In this document: piece by piece, positions 37,701-47,970 of the stretch
Numbering within the stretch: the stretch's first letter is position 1
Layout: every line of letters begins with the position of its first letter
DNA from: Amoebophrya sp. A120
Lineage: Eukaryota; Protista; Dinoflagellata
Assembly: GCA_905178155.1 (NCBI GenBank)
Contig: CAJINV010000001.1
Coordinates: 931,981 to 995,980 of the forward strand
Length of the DNA stretch: 64,000 bases
Reading direction: 5' to 3'
Translations under genes and position numbers: made by a program
Notes under the pieces: model-generated
Databases searched by the model: none
Seen by the model: the letters and a program-made list of their open reading frames with translations, nothing else
Told to the model about the DNA's origin: nothing

Positions 37701-39592
37701 CTCTTGTTCTTCTTCCTTCTTAAACACATTGTCGTCAGTCTCCATGTTGTCCAAGTCGTTTTCGTTCTGCTCCTCATTCTTCGCCTGAACATTTTTCGAT
37801 TGTTTTCGGCACGGAAGTTGCTTGTTTCATTTCTCACGCAGCGAGGACTGCAGCTGCTCATGATGCGCGTGATTACGTAATATGAATGCAGGTCATCGAC
37901 ATTGAGGGGCTGATTCTGACTGAGAACGACACGACAGCGACTCTTAGAAATGCGAGCGCGAGTTGCACTACCGACCTGAAGCCTACACTACTGCTGGCAA
38001 CTTCTACTTACAATACTTACCTGCAGCACGTCGCAGCGTCGCAAATCATTCTCTTCATTTTCTTTCTCAGGCGTGGAAGTTATATGATTGCTCCACCTAC
38101 TAGTAGCATAATTTCTTGCAATAATCCTGGAAGATGTTGAAGCGCCTTGTCGCATCATGTTTGAAAATTGGTAGTACCTCTGCAGCAGCTTTGGAGGCGG
38201 TGGTCCCCATGCAGGTGAGGGCATATTCCGTAAAGAGCTTCACCACATCTTGCATCACGGCTAAAATTTTCTTGCTTTCAGCCTCGTCCTCGCCGAATAT
38301 CCACTGCAAACATGTCTGGAGGGTCTGGAAGAATGTAAAGAAACCACCTGTGAAGATGCTGGGCCGACAAAGCAGAAGAGTTTGTCATGCTTCTTGCGCG
38401 GCTACAGATGAGCTACTTGCTCGTTTTCATGGAAAAAGGAGAGGATTTCTCGTCATGCGGTTAAATACTAGAAATTAAGTAATAGCAGCTCAGAGACTTC
38501 TTGCTATGCTATGCGCGGCCCCATAAATAAACGGGTTGCGTATCATTGATATGATCGCGTGGATGCTTATTTTGTAGCATCACAACTTTTCAAAGACCCC
38601 AGACGACATATTCCCTTGCGAGGCATACCGACTAACAGCACTGTCGTATCCGCCACAGCCATTTCGGCGTTCCTGCTAAGATGCGTATGGCCCTTCTCAA
38701 AGGTTTTCTCCGACACCGCTCTCACCTCCTTCCAGAGCTCGTTCTTCTCATCTGATATGTCATTAGATATCTATTTTCTTCTTGCAAGAGTGTAGTTCGT
38801 TGCTTTATGATATATGAAAGAACTGTGGCTCCAAAATTCGCCCTGTTACTGCTCCCCCGAGACGACCAAGAGACAATTAGAGAGCAGAGAAGATCACGAC
38901 AGCTGCTACAGGAGAAATTTAACAAGTACGCTAAATCATGAACAAAACAAAGAATCACAACTACATCAAAGTGCACACCCTGTGTGAGTTGAGTTGTACC
39001 GATAGTGCGGAGCTTGGCGAGAACTTTCCTCAAGTTGCTACTCGACACGAAGTGTCTCAGCTCCGCCAGGGTGGTGTATGAAAGTGCACAACTCCCCCCT
39101 TTTCCCCTCGTTGGTATGGCATGAACAGCAGTACAAGCGCCAGCTCCAGCACACAAGGAGAAGGACCAGGAGTCTGCGCACCCACACTATGAATTAATGC
39201 GCTTAGTGTAGTAGGTCTGTTTGGGCTTCCGGATGAATCATCTGGAAAAATGCAACAGGGGCCACAAGGCAGCACTTGGACTTGGCATTTTCCATGACAA
39301 GTGAGGGAGAGCAGGGGGTTGGGTAATCCCATACAGTGAGCGGTTTTCGCGGCAAATCGTTGTTGTCGTCGACGATCTTTACGCTCTTGTTGCCCTCCTC
39401 TTCCATCGCAACGTCTTCAGCATTGTTCGCCGACACAGCTTCATCTCCTGTTTGTCCTACTGCTGCAGCAGGTTCCTTACCTCCAGCGGCGGCAGCGGGG
39501 CGCGCCGTATTTTCTTTCTCCTCAAAGCCAACATCCTTGTCGTCGTCGACCACCGGAGGTGGAGAACGCAATTCCTCGAGCTCTTCGTCCAT
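28706..39592 (-). CDS. NCAPG2: Condensin II complex subunit G2 (HEAT-repeat), multi-exon
   Basis: Spliced motifs FDWDGPSTKHMKDCITRCF...GQKFLAFIL, RQYAPVLWKYLAAANPKVRLNAVTVLGKVFP, MDPNDEVRIRGIQCAAEVLTEFW and LLHDKSPMVRSSFADFL parallel CAP-G2 blocks (e.g. LYEPILWRGL.A.N..VR.NA; LHDNSEKVRVAFVD); ends ...KKKTSVKKKK*; some internal junctions unresolved. Confidence 0.8.
28788..29068. mobile_element. Introner, family B
   Basis: tatcctgagtagaagcg ... cgtttttactcaggata; perfect DR ttttc. Confidence 0.92.
30083..30335. mobile_element. Introner, family A
   Basis: Family A TIRs; perfect DR cgtcg. Confidence 0.92.
30569..30812. mobile_element. Introner, family D
   Basis: tatggggttctcaagcgttacactctcaactg ... 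cagttgagaatgtaacgcttgagaacgccata; DR gcgcg/gcgct. Confidence 0.92.
33555..34175. mobile_element. Introner carrying a nested MITE
   Basis: tatcctgtgcaaaagtatcgtact ... agtacgatgcttttgcatttcgta; perfect DR ccagc. Confidence 0.85.
33603..34079. mobile_element. MITE with ~65-bp TIRs and TTA target duplication (PIF/Harbinger-like)
   Basis: tta|gagtgaggtaacaaactaaa.ctggaacttcgcggttgagttctcatccg ... reverse complement|tta; internal caaccgctg repeats; no coding capacity. Confidence 0.88.
34496..34818. mobile_element. Introner, family A (diverged)
   Basis: tatgcattgcaaacattt ... ttccagacccaga..gtaatttgcgattgata; DR tgcgg/tccga; restores PMVR|SSFADF. Confidence 0.78.
35069..35320. mobile_element. Introner, family A
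   Basis: Family A TIRs; perfect DR gcgca. Confidence 0.92.
35372..35693. mobile_element. Introner, family C
   Basis: tatcaaaatgaaaaaagccccc ... ggggggatttttcctctcaata; perfect DR ttccg. Confidence 0.92.
36833..37075. mobile_element. Older introner
   Basis: Residual IR gaaaacaaaaccgtctc / gagacagttttttc; DR degenerate; element+5 removal restores WD|GPSTKH. Confidence 0.6.
37292..37580. mobile_element. Introner, family A
   Basis: Family A TIRs; DR gagca/gtcca. Confidence 0.88.
38298..38627. mobile_element. Introner, family A (diverged)
   Basis: tatccactgcaaacatgtctgg ... agaccccagacgacatattcccttgcgaggcata; DR ccgaa/ccgac. Confidence 0.75.
39077..39333. mobile_element. Older introner
   Basis: tatg...actccccc / ggggttgggtaatcccata; DR tggtg/cagtg; restores PLT|TLAELR. 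Confidence 0.65.
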
Positions 39593-39856
39593 TTTCACAC
39601 ACGACCACGACGTGCCTTTATTTTCTCACACTACGTCTACATCTTGTTGTTCGCGAAATTGCGTAGCCACCGTACTAGGTGGCAGCGGCTGCTGGTTTGT
39701 TGTGACTATTCAAGGTTATAATGTACTTAAACATTTCTATTTGATGCACCAGTTGCGCTGCCTCAACAGATTTTGGTACGATTCGACAATGATACAACAC
39801 GTCGTGGCTACGATGAAGTCGCCGATCCGAGTAAGTATGCTAGGAGTAGAATCGTT

Positions 39857-41351
39857 TTTCGTAAGTACGAAGGTACTGTCCTCGGTAGTACAGGTAAAAA
39901 ATCACAAAATCCTCGGCTTTATCAGCGTATAGCCCCTCTATTGCGGTTTCTGGGGTGTGGTTAGCAGAGGAACAAGCACACAACGCAATTTTTTTTTGGG
40001 GCGCGCGCTGCGCGCGCGCGCGTCGCGATATGCATACAAAAGTAAAAAAACTTCGGCGCGCGCGCTAAATAAATACACGCGCCACGCAGCGGAACGCATG
40101 GCGCATACGTGGTTACAATCCGCCGGCGCGGTGCAGCAAACCATGATCATCTGCAGGACAGATGAAGATCGAGCCCGGTTTATTATCGTCGTCGGCTCTG
40201 CCTCTCCGCCTGCACTGGGGCCGAGCATGGTGCGCGAGGTTTGTTGGCCCTTCTTCCGCCTTCAAGCTGAATAAGAAGCAAAGGGGCTTGCGACTTGGAA
40301 TAAAGTATGCCGGAAAAGGAAAGAGCGCTTTGCCGCGACAACAACCATCGCCATTACCCATCCTGCGCGGGGTAGTGTGCAGAGGGTTAAAAAGTGGGCT
40401 AACTACAAAAAAAAACGCCTTCGGCTTCGCAGTAATTTGTAGCGCAGCACTGCGCTACAAGCACCCGGCGCGCCAAAGTGGTTGATGTGGGCATCTCAAT
40501 TACTGAGATACCCGCTTCAACAGCCCGAGAGCAGTCTTGGCCGCGCAGTTCTGCATTAGAAGTTGCGCCATGATCTACCGCGCCGCAAGTCTGTTTGTGC
40601 AGGAGAGTGACTTCTCAGTCGATCTACAAGCTTCCCCCTGAAGTACTGCGAAGCACCTCTTCTGCTTAAAACATGCTCACTCAAAATCAAATAAAAGCAA
40701 AACAGTTCTGCATGGTTTTACTTGAATGAGCTGCCGAGCTCCTACGATCTACTTACAAACTGCGCCCAAGCTACTGCTCTTTTTTTCGAGCAGTGGATCG
40801 GCGGCATACAACCAAGCGGGATTGCAGTCAAGAAGTTGTAGATAATTCATTGCGAGGCAGCTGCGCTGCTGCTCCGTGAAAGGTAGCCGTCTCCCTTTTG
40901 GGGAAAGAATGGCCCTCGGCTTCATTTTGAGAAACAGAAAGCACGTCTGCTTCGATTGATTTACTTCCCTTTTGGCGAGTGGAAAACCGCCTGGGTCTGC
41001 TTTCTTTATTTGAAGAACGATATAAAAGCGCGACCCTTACTAGCATCGGGGTTGTGACTACTTCGCGCACTGTAGTGCGCCTTGCAATCGAAGCAACGCG
41101 CTGGCTGTGGCTGTGTTTTCAGAAAAGCTGAGAAAGGCGCTCGACACGCCGTGCCGTCGGGATTAGGATTCGCGATAGGCTTCGCACTAAACAGCCCCCG
41201 GATTTCGAAAAGGGGGGCCTAGGGGGGTAAGCTCGCTCAGATTTGCGTATCTACCCCCCTTTTCGGTATCGAAAAGGGGGCCGATTAATCGCACAGCCTC
41301 TTTCGTAAGTACGAAGGTACTGTCCTCGGTAGTACAGGTAAAAAATCACAA
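39857..41351. mobile_element. 1.39-kb insert bracketed by identical 51-bp direct repeats
   Basis: tttcgtaagtacgaaggtactgtcctcggtagtacaggtaaaaaatcacaa at 39857-39907 and 41301-41351; GC hairpins near the right end. Confidence 0.6.
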
Positions 41352-41760
41352 CACGTTTGCTGTCAACATCTCGACCTCTCTCGCGGGCTTTTCGTTCACC
41401 AGACTGGCAAGATACAATTTACAACTAGTGTGGTTTGATGTAGCAGGGAAGAAGTTTGACTGAGAGGACTGCTCGACGAACGATATCAAAAGCTGTCAAT
41501 ATTTCCGACATCTCTGGCGACGCGACATGTGTGTGAGTGTCGGTGGCTACTGCATACAAGGTAAATAAACTTGCTGAAGTACTAATCTTTCGAAACGCAA
41601 TGAACAAAAATCCAAATCGACCCTCACTTACAGGGAGGTTTGTGTCCCATGTGAGGACATCAAGTGAGCCACTATGCCGACGTCTCTCGTGTTCTCGCGT
41701 GAGTTGAAATTATGCGACACGTTTTAATTGACATCAAACCGTGACGACACCAAGGTGTCT

Positions 41761-44700
41761 TTATGAAAAGAGATCTTTGCTTGTTCTGTATTCTTGCATG
41801 TCGCGAAAGTCGCCGTCGCAGATGCGATCCAATGTTTTCTCGAGTTCAGCTAGAGTGATGACGCTCTTTCTTCGCTTTTTCTTGGGAACGCAAATGAGAA
41901 TAAAGTCGTTGATGATAGAAGAAGTTCTTGCACTGGTCGCTGAACTATTTTTACCTCCTGGTTTGCTGTTGCGGTTACTTATTCCAGTCTGCTGTCGATT
42001 GTTCATCCCAAGGTTTTCCTTCTCCTGCTCCCTTTCCCTCGCCACGACGGATGGGTCCAATTCTGCACACAAGATTCGACTATTCGACTGCACCTTCTGC
42101 ATTGCCTGCAGGTGCTTGCGCTTGAAGAGCCCGCTCGCCAGAAGCACGATCTGCGGCTGGTTTTGCGGATCGCCCGTTCCGATGGCAGGTAGGACCAAGT
42201 CGTTCAGGGCTCGACTTGTGGATATAACCACGTTCGTCTGCCGCTGGTCGCAAGAATTGTCGGCGTAGAAGGACGAGCTCGCAGTAGGTTTTGACCCAGA
42301 GCCCTGGCCGTTGGAATTACGAAGACCGCGATGATCTACCTCGTCGCCAGAAACACCACGTCCACGACTCGCAGTTGTCGTAGAAGTGGCGTCGTTATTT
42401 CTAGTACTTCCGGCATTGTTTATTATCTCACCAGATCCAGAAGAGGATGTGTTACTAAAGTCTCTGCGCTGTTCCTGCGAAGTCGAAGCTGTACTAGACC
42501 CACTGCTTGTCGGCACTCGCTGCAGATCCCCGTCCTGCTGGCCTTCCCCACCCAGTCGCCGCCCGGGCTCCTTCTGCCACAACGGCGCGAGGAAAAGCAG
42601 GAAGAGGACCAGACCCTGCAACAAGGCGAACAATTTTGTAAAATCCCATTCGCCTGTGAACAGGAGCTCGATTAAGTAGCTGATAGTACCCTGTTGGAAC
42701 ACGAGATTGTAGAAAAACTTCGGATGGTAGAAAGCTGGCGGAGGCTCCAGCGAGTGCACACGAGGAGGAAGCTGGAACGAGTAGGAGGTACTAGCAGTGG
42801 AAGTGGTAGTGGCCCCACGGCCACCATTCTTCGTCCTCTGCAGGTCTTCCGATTGGAGCTGGGAAAAGAACATCGTGCAGGCGGTGACCAACTTGTCGAT
42901 TTGCTGTTGCACCGAAAAAGAATTACGGGAGTAGTACCTGCTCGAATTATCTTCGTCCCGTAGGAGGAAGGACAAGTCACAACTCATGGAATAATTATCG
43001 TCTATCTGCTCTTTCGTTTTCATGTTGTTTTTGTCTTCACCAGCACCCGGTCGTAGCGGCGCCTCTATCTGCCACGAAGAGAAGGTTTCAGGACTGGACG
43101 ACGCGTCCGCGGACGTGCTCTCTGCCGCATGATGTCCTCTACTAGTACTTGTTCTACTACGCTTGTTACTTCTATTTGCAGCGTCAAGACGAGCTGCAGG
43201 TGCTTTCACGGAGAACAGCGTGTGTGTTTTCGCCACTTCGGACACTCCTTCGTCGAGCACGACGCAACGCTTGATCACCTCTCTGCGCCGCAATTTCCGA
43301 CAGGCGCCAGTCAGCACCTTGAGAACTAGCTCGGGCGTTGTAGTGCTGGAGGATTGATGAGGTTTTTGTGTCTTAGTACTGCTGCTCGGGTGGTCTTGAG
43401 CACCTCGGTCCGGTGGTGAGGGTGTACCTGTACTATCTGGCGCAATATTAGAAGGAAAGTTGTTGAACACCGAGCTGGCAATGCCCAAAAACCGCTCCCC
43501 GTCGAGCTGTTTCAGATTCCCGCTTTCCGCATCGAGGCCCACGATGGGCCTCTCCTTCACGACCGCGCCGAGGCGCTTCCCGAGCCCGGACAGGTCCCAG
43601 TCCACGCCGTTCGCCTCGGTTTCCAAGGGCACCACGGCCACCGCGTTCTCGGGGGTCGCGCTGAAAGGATCGAAGACGAACACCTGGTTCGTGGCGGACA
43701 GCGCGTCTTGCCGCGCGGCGGCGTCTTCGTACGGTTTTTTCTTTTTCAGGTTGCGCAACTTCCGCGACACCTCGAAGTGCTCCCGTCCGGAGGGGTAGGG
43801 AAATCGGGGGGAAAACAGCGCCAGCAGACCCAGCGCGGCAAACACGGGGTGCAGCAGGTTTTCGTAGACTGCGTCCATGTCCACGCCTGGCGGAAACAGC
43901 GTTCGCACCACGTATTTTCCGCCCGGCGGGGAAGGTTGTGCAGCTACATCTTTGCTAGTGCTACTAACCGTTAGGAAAGTGTGCAGCGAGAGGCTCAGCT
44001 GCGGGGGAAGGGCGAACACCAAGCGGAGTTGCGTCGACCCACCCGGATGGTACCGCTGCAACATTTCCAGGTCCCCAGCGGTGAACAGTGTGGCGCCCTG
44101 CTGGAAGTCGATTTGTGGTACTGGGAAAAATGAACCGGCGGTCGCGTGACCACTTCTAGTTGCACTACTACTACCCGTTGCAGCCGCTCCAGCACCTGTC
44201 CCGAGCTTCACGACCTTCTCCGCGGCAAACCGCTGCAAGCGCTGCTCCAGCTGCAGTTGCTGGCCGCTGAGCTGGTAGTCGACAAATTCTACGCGCCGGT
44301 TGTCGTAGTAGAAGACCAGGGCGGGGTACCTCCGGACCCGCAACAAGTCTTGCGTGATTTCGTCCTGCGAGCGAAAGATGTCCACGTGAAACAACTCGAG
44401 AAAGTTTTTCGCGTTACCACTACCGCCGTCTTTCGGAAACAGTTTGCGCATCCAGGGCCCATACAGTTGGCGGAAGGCACCGTAGACGTGAAAAAGCAAC
44501 AGTTTGTTCGGCGCGTGGAGTTTGTCGTCCAGCTCCCCCATGTGACGCACGCGGGTGCCCGGAAAATCGTTCGCGCTGCCGCCCGACCCGCCGAACCCGC
44601 CAAAGGGACCGCCGAACCCGCCAAAGGGACCGCCTGCGGGAAAAGAACGACGTTTTTTAGTTTGTCGTATATTCACAGAGGAACGAAAGCCATGTGGCAG

Positions 44701-45395
44701 GAGCTCATGGTAATTTTCCACCTGGTACTGCTACGTGATCAAGCAGCAGTAGTAGACGAGAGGGCAGGAGCACTTTACCACCGATGCGATTTATCTCGCA
44801 CAACGTGCCTTCAGAAGCTCATCCTCAATCTATGCAAAAAATGCACATTAGAAAATATACGAAAAAAAACCTACTTACCTCCACCTCCAAAGTGAAAGTG
44901 AAACCCGCCCGGCCCTCCGAAGGGGTGGTGGAAGCCGCCCGGACGACCGCCCGGTCCGCCCTGCTGCCCATGATGGCTCGGTCCAGAACTACCGTGCAGT
45001 TCGTTGTCATCATACAGCTTTCGCTTCTGCGGATCGGACAAAATTTCGTAGGCCTCCGCGATCTCCTTGAACTTTTCCGCCGCGGCCTGGTCGTCGGGGT
45101 CGTTTTTGTCTGGGTGGTACTTCATCGCCAACTTTCGGTACGACTTCTTGATCTCTGAAACATCCGCCTTCTCGTTCACTTCCAGGACGTCGTAAAAGCT
45201 CTTCGCCAGTACAGCCCTCCAGAGGGTCGTCGTGTGGTCTACGTGGGCGAGAAGCGCGGTCGTGCAGAGAAAGGCTACTGCCCGTCGAAGGACGCATGAT
45301 CCCTCCGTTAGTACGCGGGGCAACGCCCGTGGCAGCGGGGTCGGCTTTTCTTGTGCCCGGGCCCAGGAGCTCCGGCTGTGTCGTCGTGCGAACAT
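41761..45395 (-). CDS. DnaJ (Hsp40) protein with thioredoxin-like region and transmembrane segment (DNAJC16-like architecture)
   Basis: J-domain FYDVLEV...[16 protein letters not shown]...[23 protein letters not shown]-rich linker, GT-AG intron 44634-44878, '[10 protein letters not shown]' Trx-like motif, [21 protein letters not shown]. Confidence 0.8.
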
Positions 45396-46119
45396 TATTT
45401 ATTGTTGAAGCGAAAAAATATTGAGCGGTAGCATGATACAGCATGCCAAGGGTTCATGCGTAATTCTCTTTCAAAATCTGAACAATACGAGCAACTTTTC
45501 ATCAGGAACATCTACATCAATTCAACGCTTAGAATTGCGGGTACCAAGCAGAGCTGTACTTGGCTTCTACACGAAATGAAACAAAAACAATGAACGTGCA
45601 GGGAGCGAATAAAATAAACGCCATCAGGCGGCTGCTACTTATGCATACTGATCCACTGTGGCTAACTTTTCATTGACAGAACGACATCCATTTTCATTAT
45701 TGATAGCTGAAGCTGTAATACGAGTACCAAATAAACGAAAGCTGTACATGACGTGCCAACGTCAAGATCAAATGCTGTGGAAATTCGTGCGTATGTTGAC
45801 GGAACCTCATTGTGACCGTGGAAAAAACCTTCCTCCTCAGATCCTGGTCCTGAAAGTGATCTTTTCTTCTACTTATGCAGCTCGGAGTGCGAAACTGACG
45901 ACTAGAAAGCAAGAATGGAAAAACGAATACGAAAACAGAAAACAAAATCCACATTGAGCGCCCCTCTGTGGCTTGTTCTAAAGGACGAGTCCGCACCTTC
46001 CGCAGTGTGAGTTCGTATTCGCGTTCGTAACTTGAAAGATTAGCAAAAGGCGCGTCTGTGTGTTCTTTATCCGTTGCATATATGCGTTTCTTTGTTTCTC
46101 CTACCACGAACATATGATT

Positions 46120-47112
46120 TTATCGCAAACCCGACCCTCCGGCACTCGCGGCCGCGAGCATCGAGTACGCTGCCAACATCCAGGCTTCGGGCTGCCGCGG
46201 CGCAATCTGCAGTGCGGAGATTGGTGGGTGCACCTGGTGCAAAAATTTTTCGTGGTCCAGCAGTTGTTCTTCTGACGCAACGGCCGTTTTGCTTCGTAAT
46301 CGTACGCCTTCCGTTACGGGACTGGCAATTTTGTTAGCCGCCTCACCATCTTCCCTTTCCGGAAGATGCTCGACGATAACGGCGTAAAATGACTGGTCGC
46401 TCGTGTTTCGGTGACCGTGTGTTTTTTCTCCTCGTCCTCCCGCCACATGTTGTACCACCGGCGTAAACTTCCAGCCCAGTTGCCGCACGGCCCCGGTTTG
46501 TTCGTTCACGCACAGCAGCACGCTCCACTTGAAGCCGGGAAACCAGCTGTCGCGGGCCGACGACTCGGGGCCGTCGAGCGCGAACAGGCCGTCTTGGTGG
46601 AGCAGCTCGCGGACCAGCAGAAGGCGGAAGGGAAGGGGGTCCTTGACAAGGTCGGGGGACTGCACAAACTCGTACACCGGAGCGCGGACTTCGGGGCCTG
46701 GAAAAATCGTAATTCGCGTAATTTATCTTCCTCGCTGGTGAACGCGTGCGGAGTAGACCAGATCATTTTAGAACAAATCAAATGGAAACAAAAAATGATT
46801 TTAGGTAATAAAAATGAAGCCGGTTTTTATCATCTACATAAAAACCTCCGTTTTTGTACCGAAGCTCGTCGCGCTCTTCGGTAATTTCCCCGGCGTGATT
46901 CCCCTAATGGTGTTCGTCTGTAGGTTCGGCAAAACCGACAGCAGCACGTTATCTGGCCGCAAGTCGAACGGCGTCACGCACAGACCAGCATCTTGGGCAG
47001 GTGGGGCGGCGCTGCATTGGCCGGACCCATAGGTGTTGCCCGTTACCATCACTTCCGCGATTACCCTCTGGGCGAAGAGCGTCAGGAAGAGAAGCTGGCA
47101 GAATAACGCCAT
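46120..47112 (-). CDS. Secreted protein with cereblon/CULT (thalidomide-binding)-like domain; a further 3' exon is possible
   Basis: Signal-like MALFCQLLFLTLFAQRVIA; GT-AG intron 46698-46859; SWFPGFKWSVLLC...QLGWKF matches the CULT SWFPGYAW...C...GWxF motif. Confidence 0.72.
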
Positions 47113-47970
47113 TTTCGCTTCGCTCGTTTCTTCAAGGAGTTTGGAAATTAACGCTCTTGTGCGTGAAGCGTACACAAAACGAAGGTGCGATCAATTTGTG
47201 CGTGCTGCCTACAAAGAGTTCAGATTTTCATACAAGTGTCGATGTCCATGTCAGTACGGGGGGAGAGGAGAAGACGCGGCTCGTCTTAGTGTAGTGTGGG
47301 GTCATGCTAATATAGTGCTTGTGTTCTATCCTGCGCTGACTAGTAATGAGAGCTGCTCGACGAAGAAGTGGATTTTCAAAACTTGGACTTGCCTTCTCAT
47401 CCATAGGATACGGACTTTCGTGTGTGATCGAGCTGCTTTCGATTCCTTATCAGCTACAAGAGCTGCTTTTGATTCCTTTGGTAAGCAGCTACAAGAGTGA
47501 TCATTCCGTATTGAATGTCAATTTTACCTTCCTCGATGTACAAGTGAAATTAGGATGAAAAGGTCATATTCATCACATGAAACCGAGGCGTGCGGTCTGC
47601 GGTGCGCTTGTACTAGTTACGAATCACCATTCAAGCAGCTGGACGAACCGAGAAGTCTCAGTGGGGCCCACCGAAAGAAAGTCGAACCGAGTTCATTCTG
47701 GGGGGACGCTGCACGGGATAGGTTCGTGGGTCCCAGTCGTCTCGACGATTTGTTTTTTCTTGAAAAACATATTTATATGCGCAACTCACGTCCTCCGAAC
47801 ACCCATATGCTAGAAATGAGCACCGATCAGCGACAGACAATTGTGGCCTGTTCCGCCATGACACTAGGAGGTACACACGGAACTAGATGCCAGTTGCAGG
47901 TAATTTAGTACTTACTATCTTTGCGCTGTTTATTTCTTCCAGCTGGCGCTGCACGGTCTTCACCTCCAGT

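Noticed and set aside
36398-47488. Short tandem duplications at ~36398-36451 (27 bp) and ~47430-47488 (~30 bp)
   Set aside because: Ordinary slippage-type repeats in non-coding DNA with no further structure.
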